Shown one piece after another: positions 25,863 through 36,088 of a DNA stretch of 64,000 bases (the first letter of the stretch is position 1; each line of letters begins with the position of its first letter). Source of the DNA: Sphingomonas adhaesiva (GTDB lineage Bacteria; Pseudomonadota; Alphaproteobacteria; Sphingomonadales; Sphingomonadaceae). The translations under genes were made by a program, and so were the position numbers. The stretch spans positions 151,284 through 215,283 of the forward strand of contig NZ_JAQIJT010000001.1 in NCBI RefSeq assembly GCF_036946125.1, written 5' to 3'. The notes below the pieces were generated by a model, which saw only the letters and a list, made by a program, of their open reading frames with translations, was not told the DNA's origin and ran no database searches.

Positions 25863-26135
25863 TCAATCGCGCGAGAGCGGCTCCGCCTCAAGCGGGGCAG
25901 GCGCGGTGCAATCCCCCTCGCGCATGGTCGCGGCGGGGCGGGCGCGCCCCATCGTCCAGTTCGCCTGCATCCGCACCTTCGGGTTGGGCGCACACCAGAT
26001 CTCGCCCGTCGCGTTGATCGCAGTGACCCAGATGAGGTTGTGCTCCTGCCCGTAATCGATCACCGCGATCGCGAAGCCGGGACCCTTGTCGAGGACATGG
26101 ATCGGGATCGGCGGATCGAGCTGCTGGAACGACAT
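25863..26135 (-). CDS. hypothetical 90-aa protein
   Basis: ORF MSFQQLDPPIPIHVLDKGPGFAIAVIDYGQEHNLIWVTAINATGEIWCAPNPKVRMQANWTMGR..., 24 nt upstream of proA on the same strand. I recognise no family. Confidence 0.45.
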   Translation of the reverse strand: MSFQQLDPPIPIHVLDKGPGFAIAVIDYGQEHNLIWVTAINATGEIWCAPNPKVRMQANWTMGRARPAATMREGDCTAPAPLEAEPLSRD

Positions 26136-26229
26136 GGGAATAGACCTTTCGGTTCAGCCATATAACCGATGCCGGCTGGGTACGGTTCCGGCCCGTGGCG
26201 TCCGGCCGGCGCACGCCTATATTGCCGTC

Positions 26230-26727
26230 ATGACCGACACCGCCCCCGACCGCCGCCGTTTCCTGACGCTTGCCGGACTGGGCACGCTGTCGCTCCCGCT
26301 GATCGCCTGCGGCACGCGCAGCGCCGCCGCGGCGGAGCGTTTCCCGGTGACGAAGACCGACGCGCAGTGGCGCGCGCAGCTGGGCCCCGCCGCCTATGAC
26401 GTATTGCGGCGTGAGGGCACCGAACGCCCCTTCTCCAGCCCGCTCAACGACGAGCATCGCGCCGGCACCTTCGCCTGCAAAGGCTGCGCGCAGCCGCTCT
26501 TCCCGTCGCGGACGAAGTTCGACAGCGGCACCGGCTGGCCCAGCTTCTGGGCGCCGCTCAAGGATGCGGTGGCAACGCGGCGCGACGGATCGCTGGGGAT
26601 GACGCGGGTGGAGGTGCATTGCCGCCGCTGCGGCGGGCATCTGGGCCATGTGTTCGACGACGGGCCGAAGCCGACCGGCAAGCGCTATTGCATGAACGGC
26701 GTGGCGATGACGTTCCGGGCGGCGTAA
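26230..26727 (+). CDS. msrB: peptide-methionine (R)-S-oxide reductase with a Tat/lipoprotein-like signal
   Basis: Start is MTDTAPDRRRFLTLAGLGTLSLPLIAC (ATG 26230). SelR domain with CKGC...CRRCGGHLGHVF...RYCMNG. Confidence 0.85.
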   Translation: MTDTAPDRRRFLTLAGLGTLSLPLIACGTRSAAAAERFPVTKTDAQWRAQLGPAAYDVLRREGTERPFSSPLNDEHRAGTFACKGCAQPLFPSRTKFDSGTGWPSFWAPLKDAVATRRDGSLGMTRVEVHCRRCGGHLGHVFDDGPKPTGKRYCMNGVAMTFRAA

Positions 26728-26742
26728 AACGCCGCCGATGCG

Positions 26743-27288
26743 TCAGTTCGCCGCGATCGATACCGGCACGGTGGCGGCGGTCGCGATCGTCAGCGGGGGC
26801 AGCGCCTCCTCGACCGGGGCAGGCGTCGCCGGAGCCTTGCCCGCATAGATGAACCCGGCCACCGGATAACTGCTGGTGCCCAGCCCGCCGACCGGCGCGA
26901 ACCACACGCGGACCTGGCTCCAGTCGCCTGCCGCCGACACGTCGATCGCACGTACGTTGCGCTCCACGCCGCCGCGGCGCGACCAGTTGGCGTGGGTCAG
27001 CAGCACTTCGCGCGCGCTCACCACCTTGCTCACCATGGCGACATGACCGACCGGCATGGAACGGACCGCCTTGAACGCCATCACCGCGCCGACCTGCGGC
27101 GTGGCGCCGCGCTCGTAGCGGCCGGCGGCCTGGCCCCACCAGGTGTTGGCGTTGCCGCGGATCTCGATGCCCGACACCTCACGCGCGAACGGCGCGCACT
27201 GCAGGTAACCTGCCTGTGCCGCGGTCGCCGTCATCAGGGCGCACGATGCCACCAGCGCAAAACGCGCTGCCAAAGCCTTCAACGTCAA
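26743..27288 (-). CDS. secreted CHAP-domain protein (cysteine peptidase/amidase)
   Basis: Signal peptide, then GYLQCAPFAREVSG (catalytic Cys) and ...PVGHVAMVSKV (His), typical of CHAP. Confidence 0.75.
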   Translation of the reverse strand: MTLKALAARFALVASCALMTATAAQAGYLQCAPFAREVSGIEIRGNANTWWGQAAGRYERGATPQVGAVMAFKAVRSMPVGHVAMVSKVVSAREVLLTHANWSRRGGVERNVRAIDVSAAGDWSQVRVWFAPVGGLGTSSYPVAGFIYAGKAPATPAPVEEALPPLTIATAATVPVSIAAN

Positions 27289-27453
27289 GGGAGACCCCCC
27301 GGTCCGAAACTGTCGAATGTGGGGCTACCGGGGGACGTTGCGCGCCACAACCATCGCCGGGCACCGATCGGATGAACGGGACGTGACCGGCGACGAACGG
27401 ACGCGAGATGCGACGAAACACTTCATCGCACGCTGCAAACGTTACCGAAACCT

Positions 27454-28953
27454 TTACGCGAAGGGCTCTCGCGGTGCCGAATCGATGACCGGCGCGCCCG
27501 TCAACTTGGCCATCCGCAGTTCATGCTCGCGCCGGCCGAACGGGAAGCGGGTGTAGAAGAAGGCCGCCAGGACGTTGAACGCGACATAGCAGCAGGCATA
27601 GATCAGCGTCAGCCGGTCGAGCACGGCGGGCGCGACCTGCCCCGGCACCGCCTTCTCCGGAAAGCCCGCCGCCGCGAGGATCAGCCCGCAGACGAAGATG
27701 CCGATGCCGCTGGTGCATTTCTGCACGAAGAAACCGCCGGCGAAGAACATCCCCTCCGACCGGCGTCCGGTGCGCACCTCCGAATCCTCGACCACATCGG
27801 CCAGCATCGACGCGCCCAGGATATAGGCGGTGACGCCGCACGCGGTGCCTGCGGTCGCGAAGGCGAACAGCAGCGGCAGCATCGCGGGCTCGCCCACGGT
27901 GGGGAACACCCCCGCCAGCCGCAACCAATAGGGCGTCGTGCCCAGCGTCACGCTCAACAGCGCCGCGACGGCGGCGGCGCGCGGTTTGGCCAGCCTCGCC
28001 CCGATCTTCGGCGCGGCGATGAAGGCGACCATCACGCCCGCGAACAGCGACATGCTGAAATAGACGAAGGTCGCGCCGCGAAATCCCCAGACGAAGCTGT
28101 AGAGGTAGTTGGACAGCGCATAGACCAGCCCCTGCCCGGTATAGGCGCACACCCCCGCCAGCATCAGGATCGCGAACGCGCGGTTCCTCACCGTCTCCGC
28201 GATCTCGGCGAAGCTCTCCTTCAGCGACTGCGCCCGATGCGCCTGCTTGGGCAGGTACGGGATCTCCTTGTGCGTTCCCAGCGCGGAGATGACGATCGTC
28301 AGCCCCATCATGATCGCGCCCGCGATCGCGAAGCCGCGATAGCCCGCCGGATTGAGCAGCCCGTTGGGATAGCCCGGCGCCGGCGCCAGGAAATACATAT
28401 AGGCCGACACCAGCATCAGCAGCCCGCCGGCCCAGCCGAAGAGATAGCGATACGCCATGATCCGCGTCCGTTCGTCGTAATCGCCCGACAGTTCGGCGGC
28501 GAGCGCCTGGCTCGGCACCTCATAGGCGCTGACCGCCGACCGCACGATCACCGCGACGACGAACAACCAGCCCAGCACCATCTGGTGCGAGGCCGCGGGC
28601 GGGTTCCACAGCAGCAGCCAGCCGAGCATGATCGGCAGCGCGGCGCCGTACATCCACGGATGCCGCCGCCCCCAGCGCCCGCGCGTGCGATCCGAGAGAA
28701 AACCGATCGTGGGATCGACGAATGCGTCGACGATCAGCGCGCACATCACGACGAACCCCACGGTCGCCGCGGGCACGCCCACCACCTGGTTGTAGAACAG
28801 CAGCAGGAAGGTACCGAACCCGCTGTCCTTCACGCCGTACGCCGCCGCCCCCAGGCCATAGCTGGCCATCGTGCCCGGCGAGAGGCGGCGGACCATCGGC
28901 GCGCTCGACGCAGGCGTCGCCCCCGCGGCGTCGACCGCGCCGGGGGCGGTCAC
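27454..28953 (-). CDS. MFS transporter, glycoside-pentoside-hexuronide (GPH):cation symporter family
   Basis: GPH motif DRTRGRWGRRHPWM and ~12 TM segments. GTG 28953 overlaps the SDR stop (GTGA); the alternative start is ATG 28896 (MVRRLSPG). The 936-aa track ORF is a shadow extension. Confidence 0.75.
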   Translation of the reverse strand: MTAPGAVDAAGATPASSAPMVRRLSPGTMASYGLGAAAYGVKDSGFGTFLLLFYNQVVGVPAATVGFVVMCALIVDAFVDPTIGFLSDRTRGRWGRRHPWMYGAALPIMLGWLLLWNPPAASHQMVLGWLFVVAVIVRSAVSAYEVPSQALAAELSGDYDERTRIMAYRYLFGWAGGLLMLVSAYMYFLAPAPGYPNGLLNPAGYRGFAIAGAIMMGLTIVISALGTHKEIPYLPKQAHRAQSLKESFAEIAETVRNRAFAILMLAGVCAYTGQGLVYALSNYLYSFVWGFRGATFVYFSMSLFAGVMVAFIAAPKIGARLAKPRAAAVAALLSVTLGTTPYWLRLAGVFPTVGEPAMLPLLFAFATAGTACGVTAYILGASMLADVVEDSEVRTGRRSEGMFFAGGFFVQKCTSGIGIFVCGLILAAAGFPEKAVPGQVAPAVLDRLTLIYACCYVAFNVLAAFFYTRFPFGRREHELRMAKLTGAPVIDSAPREPFA

Positions 28954-29780
28954 TGGAACGCCTCCAGCGCGCTGAACAACGACGGCTGCGTCTCGTCCCA
29001 GCTGGCACGGGTGCCGATGGTGAGCCCGCCGTCGACCAGGATGTGCGTGCCGGTGACGAAGGCCGCGTCGTCGCTGGCGAGATAGGCGACCGCGGCGGCG
29101 ATATCCTCGGGCCGCCCGGCGCGCTTCACCGGCTGCGCCGCGGCGGCGACCTGCGCGATCGCCTGGTTGGCGGCCTGTCGCTTCTCCTCCGGCACGTCGA
29201 GGTGGCGGGTGAAGATGTTGGTCGTGATGAAGCCGGGCACCACCGCGTTGACGCGGATATTGTGGCGCGACAGCTCCGCCGCGGCCATCCTCGTCAGGTG
29301 GAGCACGCCCGCCTTTGCGGTCGAATAGGCGAGCGGTGCATAGCCCGATCCCAGCGCCGACACGCTGGAGGTGTTGACGATCGCGCCCCCGCCGCGCGCG
29401 GTCATCAGCGGCGCGGCATGCCGGATGCCGAGCGCCACGGAGCGGAGCAGCAGCGCCTGCGTACGGTCCCAGTCGGCCGCCGAAATCTCGTCGATCCGCT
29501 CGCGCGCGCCGCCGGCACCGGCGTTGTTGAAGACGATATCGAGGCCGCCGGCCAAATCGGCGGCCTGCATCAGCGCCGCGATCGCGGCGTCGTCGGTGAC
29601 GTCGGTGTGCTGGAAACGAATCCGGCCGTTCGACGTCGCGGCGAGCTCCTCGCCCGCGCCGCTGTCGATATCGCCGATCCAGACCTCGGCACCCTCTTCC
29701 ACCAGACGAAGCGCGGTAGCGCGTCCGATGCCCGATGCACCGCCCGTCACCACCGCGCGCTTGCCCTGAAGCCGCATCAC
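28950..29780 (-). CDS. SDR family oxidoreductase
   Basis: VTGGASGIGRAT Rossmann motif and YSTAK catalytic motif. Confidence 0.85.
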   Translation of the reverse strand: MMRLQGKRAVVTGGASGIGRATALRLVEEGAEVWIGDIDSGAGEELAATSNGRIRFQHTDVTDDAAIAALMQAADLAGGLDIVFNNAGAGGARERIDEISAADWDRTQALLLRSVALGIRHAAPLMTARGGGAIVNTSSVSALGSGYAPLAYSTAKAGVLHLTRMAAAELSRHNIRVNAVVPGFITTNIFTRHLDVPEEKRQAANQAIAQVAAAAQPVKRAGRPEDIAAAVAYLASDDAAFVTGTHILVDGGLTIGTRASWDETQPSLFSALEAFQ

Positions 29781-29905
29781 ACTCTCCTGCGAACGGCCGG
29801 TTTCCCGGCTCTTTCGGCAGCATAGTATGGTGGTTCAGCGCGTCAACACAACGCCGTTCGAATAATGGGTTTGCCCTGTCGCGATGTTCGGCATAGACCG
29901 CGCGC

Positions 29906-31051
29906 ATGGCTCTCGATCCCGAAACCTTCGACGCACTCATCGACAACATCCGCCGCTTCGTCGGCGAGCGCCTGCGCCCGCTGGAGGCGCAGGTGGAGGC
30001 CGATGACGCCATCCCTGCGAACGTCGTGCAGGAAATGCGCGACATGGGGCTGTTCGGCCTCTCGATCGCGGAGGAATATGGCGGGCTGGGCCTCGACATG
30101 ATGGAGGAGGCGCGCGTCGCCATCGAGCTGGGCCGCACGACGCCGGCGTTCCGCAGCAACTTCGGCACCAACGTGGGCATCGGCTCGCAGGGCCTCGTCA
30201 TGGCCGGCACCCCCGAACAGAAGGCGGAGTGGCTGCCCCGAATCGCGAGCGGCGACATCATCACCAGCTTCGCGCTGACCGAGCCCGACGTCGGCAGCGA
30301 TTCGGGCAGCGTGAAGACGCGCGCGGTGCGCGACGGCGACGTCTATCGCCTGTCGGGCACGAAGCGCTACATCACCAATGCCGACCGCGCCGACCTCTTC
30401 ACCGTCATGGCGCGCACCGGCGACGAGCCCGGCGGGCGCGGCGTCTCCGCCTTCCTGGTGCCGAAGTCGCTGGCCGGCGTCTCGATCGGCGAGCCCGAGA
30501 AGAAGATGGGGCAGAAGGGCGCGAAGGTCGCCGACGTGATCTTCGACGACGCCCCCGTCCCCGTCGGCAACCGGCTGGGTGCGGAAGGGGAGGGCTTCAA
30601 GATCGCGATGCGCGTCCTCGACCGCGGGCGGCTCCACATCTCCGCGGTGTGCATCGGCGTCGCCGAGCGGCTGATCGCGGACTGCGTCGCCTATGCCGGC
30701 GAGCGCAAGCAGTTCGGCAAGCCGATCGCCGAGCACCAGTTGATCCAGGCGATGATCGCCGATTCCAAGACCGAGGCGCTCGCCGCGCGTGCGCTGGTGC
30801 TGGAAACCGCCGCCGCCAAGGATGCGGGCAAGGACGTGGTGATGGAGAGCGCCGCGGCGAAATATTACGCCAGCGAGATGGTCGGCCGCGTCGCCGATCG
30901 CGCGGTGCAGATCTTCGGCGGCGCGGGCTATATCGCCGATTACGGGATCGAGCGGCTGTACCGCGACGTGCGGCTGTTCCGCATCTACGAAGGTACCAGC
31001 CAGATCCAGCAGATCATCATCGCGCGCGAGACGATGAAGCGCGGCGGCTGA
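29906..31051 (+). CDS. acyl-CoA dehydrogenase
   Basis: 381 aa. ...FALTEPDVGSDSGS..., ...IFGGAGYIADYGIERLYRD..IYEGTSQIQ. Confidence 0.9.
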   Translation: MALDPETFDALIDNIRRFVGERLRPLEAQVEADDAIPANVVQEMRDMGLFGLSIAEEYGGLGLDMMEEARVAIELGRTTPAFRSNFGTNVGIGSQGLVMAGTPEQKAEWLPRIASGDIITSFALTEPDVGSDSGSVKTRAVRDGDVYRLSGTKRYITNADRADLFTVMARTGDEPGGRGVSAFLVPKSLAGVSIGEPEKKMGQKGAKVADVIFDDAPVPVGNRLGAEGEGFKIAMRVLDRGRLHISAVCIGVAERLIADCVAYAGERKQFGKPIAEHQLIQAMIADSKTEALAARALVLETAAAKDAGKDVVMESAAAKYYASEMVGRVADRAVQIFGGAGYIADYGIERLYRDVRLFRIYEGTSQIQQIIIARETMKRGG

Positions 31052-31074
31052 ACCCAATACACGAGAGGATATCG

Positions 31075-31863
31075 ATGGATACCACCAACCTGTTCCGGCT
31101 GGACGGCCGCGTCGCGCTCGTCACCGGGGGCAGCCGCGGCATCGGCAAGATGATCGCCGCCGGCTTCATCGCGCAGGGCGCGAAGGTCTATATCTCCAGC
31201 CGCAAGGCGCCCGCCTGCGAAGAGACCGCCGCAGAGCTGGGGCCGAACTGCATCCCCCTGCCCATGGACGTCTCGACCGTCGAGGGCTGCCGCGCGCTCG
31301 CCGCGGCGATGGCGGAGCGCGCGGAACGGCTCGACATCCTGGTCAACAACGCCGGCGCCGCCTGGGGCGTGCCGTTCGAGGAGTTTCCGGAGAGCGGCTG
31401 GGACAAGGTCATGGACCTCAACGTCAAGTCGCCCTTCTTCCTGACGCAGGCGCTGCACGACATGCTGAAGGCGGGGGCCGCGACCGGCACGGTGGCGAAG
31501 GTCATCAACATCACCTCGATCGACGGACTGCGGCTGAACCCGTGGGAGACGTACAGCTACCACGCCTCCAAATCGGCGCTGATCTACCTGACGAAGCGGA
31601 TCGCCGCGCGGCTGGTGAAGGACGGGATCAACGTCACCTCGATCGCCCCCGGCGCCTTCGCCAGCGAGATGAACCGCGCCGCGCGCGACCACGGCGAGCA
31701 GGTCGCCAAGGCGATCCCCGCGCGCCGCATCGGCGAGCAGGAGGATATGGCCGGCACCGCCATCTACCTCGCCAGCCGCGCGGGCGACTATGTCATCGGT
31801 GAGACGATCGCGGTCGACGGCGGCATCGTCAACGCGTCGCTGGGCAGCAGCATCGACGCGTAG
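31075..31863 (+). CDS. SDR family oxidoreductase (3-oxoacyl reductase-like)
   Basis: Start is MDTTNLFRLDGRVALVTGGSRGIG (ATG 31075). NNAG and YHASK motifs. Confidence 0.85.
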   Translation: MDTTNLFRLDGRVALVTGGSRGIGKMIAAGFIAQGAKVYISSRKAPACEETAAELGPNCIPLPMDVSTVEGCRALAAAMAERAERLDILVNNAGAAWGVPFEEFPESGWDKVMDLNVKSPFFLTQALHDMLKAGAATGTVAKVINITSIDGLRLNPWETYSYHASKSALIYLTKRIAARLVKDGINVTSIAPGAFASEMNRAARDHGEQVAKAIPARRIGEQEDMAGTAIYLASRAGDYVIGETIAVDGGIVNASLGSSIDA

Positions 31864-31912
31864 GAACGCGCACGTCGCGGCCGTCGTTCTGCCCTTCAGC
31901 AGGAGAATGACG

Positions 31913-32080
31913 ATGGCCGCCGACGATCCGATCAAGCCCACCTCCGAAACCGACCGCCCCAATCTGTCGACCGAGCATCAGCGCGACGGCGATGCGCGCC
32001 GCCCGTCCGACACGCTCGACAAGGGGCAGCCGAACGAGGAGACGATCCCGCGCAAGTCGTCGCTGCTCGGGGACGGATGA
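31913..32080 (+). CDS. possible 55-aa hydrophilic protein
   Basis: ATG 31913 lies 7 nt after GGAG. The sequence MAADDPIKPTSETDRPNLSTEHQRDGDARRPSDTLDKGQPNEETIPRKSSLLGDG is charged and looks disordered. Its stop overlaps the next ATG (ATGA). Confidence 0.3.
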   Translation: MAADDPIKPTSETDRPNLSTEHQRDGDARRPSDTLDKGQPNEETIPRKSSLLGDG

Positions 32081-32376
32081 CCTTCGACCTGCGCGCCGCC
32101 TTGCTGAAGAAGGGCGAGGTCGAGAGCGCCCGGCTCGACGACTTCGCCTTTCGCCTGCGCGCGCGCACGATGCGGGTGCTGGCGGCGAGGCTGGGGGAGG
32201 ACGCCGACGCGCTGGCCGCGCGCGTCGCGGCGGCCGACGATGCGACGATCCTGTCCGATCTGGCACTGCGCCATGACCCGGAGGCGCTGCATGCCGCCTT
32301 CCGGGGCGCGCGGGCGGAGGCACGCGACGCGCTGATCGCCGATCTCGGCGACCCGACGCCGCATCGGCTGGCATAA
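32077..32376 (+). CDS. hypothetical 99-aa helical protein (only a vague resemblance to DUF1476-type proteins)
   Basis: ORF MTFDLRAALLKKGEVESARLDDFAFRLRARTMRVLAARLGEDADAL..., translationally coupled to the preceding small ORF. Confidence 0.45.
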   Translation: MTFDLRAALLKKGEVESARLDDFAFRLRARTMRVLAARLGEDADALAARVAAADDATILSDLALRHDPEALHAAFRGARAEARDALIADLGDPTPHRLA

Positions 32377-32383
32377 AGCCCTA

Positions 32384-32411
32384 CGTCAGGCCGGGACGAG
32401 CGCGGCGTGAC
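32384..32411. repeat. REP-like palindrome (cgtcaggccgggacgagcgcggcgtgacg)
   Basis: Inverted ends cgtca/tgacg around a GC core, family-E-like. Lies at the 3' flank of ssrA. Confidence 0.5.
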
Positions 32412-32414
32412 GAA

Positions 32415-32795
32415 GGAAAAGGGAAGTGGAGGGGCTTCTGTTGCCCGGCGCCCTCCGAACCGCTGGAATCCCTTCTGTTGCCCGGTGGGTCCAACCGCGC
32501 TATTTTGGTGTAACGTCAGGCCGTTAGGCCATCAGTTACGCCGCAATCGCGAGTGCTTCGTTATCGTTGGCACTTGTGTAATGGGCCGTTGCGGTGGTCC
32601 CATTCCGAGCGAAAACAGCGCCTTTCAATACACGTCGATCCTGGTTCGGCCCCATCAGCTGAGCCGCTTTGCCGGCACGCCTCACGCGTGTCGGCAAAGC
32701 GGCGCAAGTGGTGGAGCCGCCGGGTACTGCCCCCGGGTCCGCTGCATCTATTCTACGCCGCGATTTATCGCCATAGCCGGGTAGAACCCGGCGCG
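32415..32795 (-). ncRNA. ssrA: two-piece (circularly permuted) tmRNA gene; boundaries approximate
   Basis: On the minus strand: the acceptor piece ends ...GGACCCGGGGGCAGTACCCGGCGGCTCCACCA (CCA at 32708); an 18-bp-stem intervening hairpin follows (32653-32707); the coding piece begins GGGGCCGAACCAGGATCGACG at 32652. GGGGCCG pairs with CGGCUCC, giving a G3:U70 pair. The tag frame GCC AAC GAT AAC GAA GCA CTC GCG ATT GCG GCG TAA encodes ANDNEALAIAA (32536-32571). A terminal hairpin plus T-rich tail lies at 32412-32455. Confidence 0.85.
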
Positions 32796-32876
32796 ACCCA
32801 TATAGGGGGCCCGCACGCCGGAGAAAAGCCCATGGCGGCCCTGACAGCGCCACAATATCCCTGTAAAGGATAGGAC

Positions 32877-33308
32877 ATGCTTACCCAGCGGTCCCGTTAC
32901 GCCCTGCGCTCGATGCTGTTCCTCGCCACCGCACCGGCCACGACCCCGCCGATCCCGATGACGAAGATCGCGGCCGAGGCGAACGTCCCGCGCAAGTTCC
33001 TCGAGCTGATCCTCGCCGACCTACGCGATGCGGGGCTGCTGCACAGCACGCGCGGCAAGATGGGCGGCTATCGGCTGTCGCGCCCCGCGCACCTCATCTC
33101 GCTCGGCGAGATCATCCGCATCATCGAAGGGCCGCTGGCGCTCGTCCCCTGCGTCAGCCGCACCGCCTATCGCCCCTGCAACGACTGCAAGAGCGAGGCC
33201 GATTGCGCAATCCGCCACGCGATGATGCGCGTGCGCGACGAAACCGCGCGGATCCTCGACGGCACCAGCCTGGCGGATGCGGTGGCCGAGGATCTGGCGG
33301 CGGCGTGA
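32877..33308 (+). CDS. Rrf2 family transcriptional regulator (three-Cys, Fe-S type)
   Basis: MLTQRSRYALRSMLFLA... wHTH domain and Cys triad CVS...C.DC...C. Confidence 0.85.
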   Translation: MLTQRSRYALRSMLFLATAPATTPPIPMTKIAAEANVPRKFLELILADLRDAGLLHSTRGKMGGYRLSRPAHLISLGEIIRIIEGPLALVPCVSRTAYRPCNDCKSEADCAIRHAMMRVRDETARILDGTSLADAVAEDLAAA

Positions 33309-33337
33309 TGGAGTTCCGGACGCCGGAACGTATCTTT

Positions 33338-33516
33338 CTCCGGCGAAGGCAAGGCCTTTGCAAAACGTGTTGAACAGCACCGACTCCACGCCGTGCTCCT
33401 GCGCAGGCAGGAGCCCAGGGTTGCAATTCCCATAAGGCGTTGTTCTGCTTGGCCCTGGGCTCCTGCCTTCGCAGGAGCACGGTGTAGCCTTTGCAAAGGT
33501 CCCGCCTTCGCCGGGG
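33338..33516. repeat. ~180-bp nested-palindrome element, family 1, copy B
   Basis: Same outer and inner IRs as copy A, with the inner palindrome at 33391-33482. Confidence 0.85.
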
Positions 33517-33562
33517 ATCAGGCAAGTCATTGGGCCGCGCAGGAGCCCGCTTTCGCAGGTGA

Positions 33563-35722
<2,160 letters not shown>

Positions 35723-35767
35723 CCGGAACCAAGGGTAGCCGGTCGCTCCGGACAGCCTCATCCTCTT

Positions 35768-35848
35768 CGTCATGCCGGGCTCGTCCCGGCATCCAGGGTT
35801 CCACGATCCTCGCCGCGATGTAGTGCAAGGAACGCTGGACCCCGGAAC
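35768..35848. repeat. REP-like element, family E
   Basis: cgtcatgccgggctcgtcccggcatccaggg...ctggaccccggaac. Near-identical 5' half to the copy at 19756. Confidence 0.7.
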
Positions 35849-35892
35849 CAGTCGAAACCTCTGCGAGAATCGTGGATCGTTCGATAATTCCG

Positions 35893-35986
35893 CCGTTCCC
35901 CGGCGAAGGCCGGGGCCCAGTTGGCGCGGCTTTTCCGTCTGTTACCACCGTCCCCCAGCTGGGCCCCGGCCTTCGCCGGGGAGCAA
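35893..35986. repeat. palindromic element, family D (27-bp IR tccccggcgaaggccggggcccagttgg / cccagctgggccccggccttcgccgggga)
   Basis: The IR is seen directly with a ~33-nt loop. A second copy lies at 46011-46095. Confidence 0.8.
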
Positions 35987-36088
35987 GGAACCGGATTTCG
36001 CGGAGGTCTCGCTCAAGGCCAGGTGACGGTGGGTGTGGGGCGACCACCTTCCCGATCCCTTAACCATTCCCCCGCTACACCGCGGCGC

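Noticed and set aside
29781-29905. Additional LexA boxes (GTTC-N7-GTTC) in other intergenic regions.
   Set aside because: There are near-misses only (for example gttcagcgcgtcaac and gttcgaataatgggt), where the second half-site is not GTTC. I did not scan coding regions exhaustively.
27454-30264. 936-aa ORF suggesting a giant fusion protein (and likewise 51849..55619 at 1256 aa, and 11173..12426 at 417 aa).
   Set aside because: Only the C-terminal part has family signatures (GPH transporter; D-aminoacylase; DsbA). The N-terminal extensions overlap neighbouring real genes in another frame, and proper starts with signal peptides or stop/start overlaps exist internally.
32536-32853. 105-aa ORF on the minus strand (and 32407..32784 +, 32553..32873 +).
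   Set aside because: The region is the tmRNA gene. The ORF ends with the tmRNA tag ANDNEALAIAA by coincidence of reading through the RNA gene, and the upstream part has no coding signature.
32377-32876. Genomic island or integrase at the ssrA 3' flank.
   Set aside because: I found no integrase, no duplicated ssrA 3' fragment and no compositional break in the flanking 10 kb. Only the small coupled ORF pair, which is reported separately, lies there.
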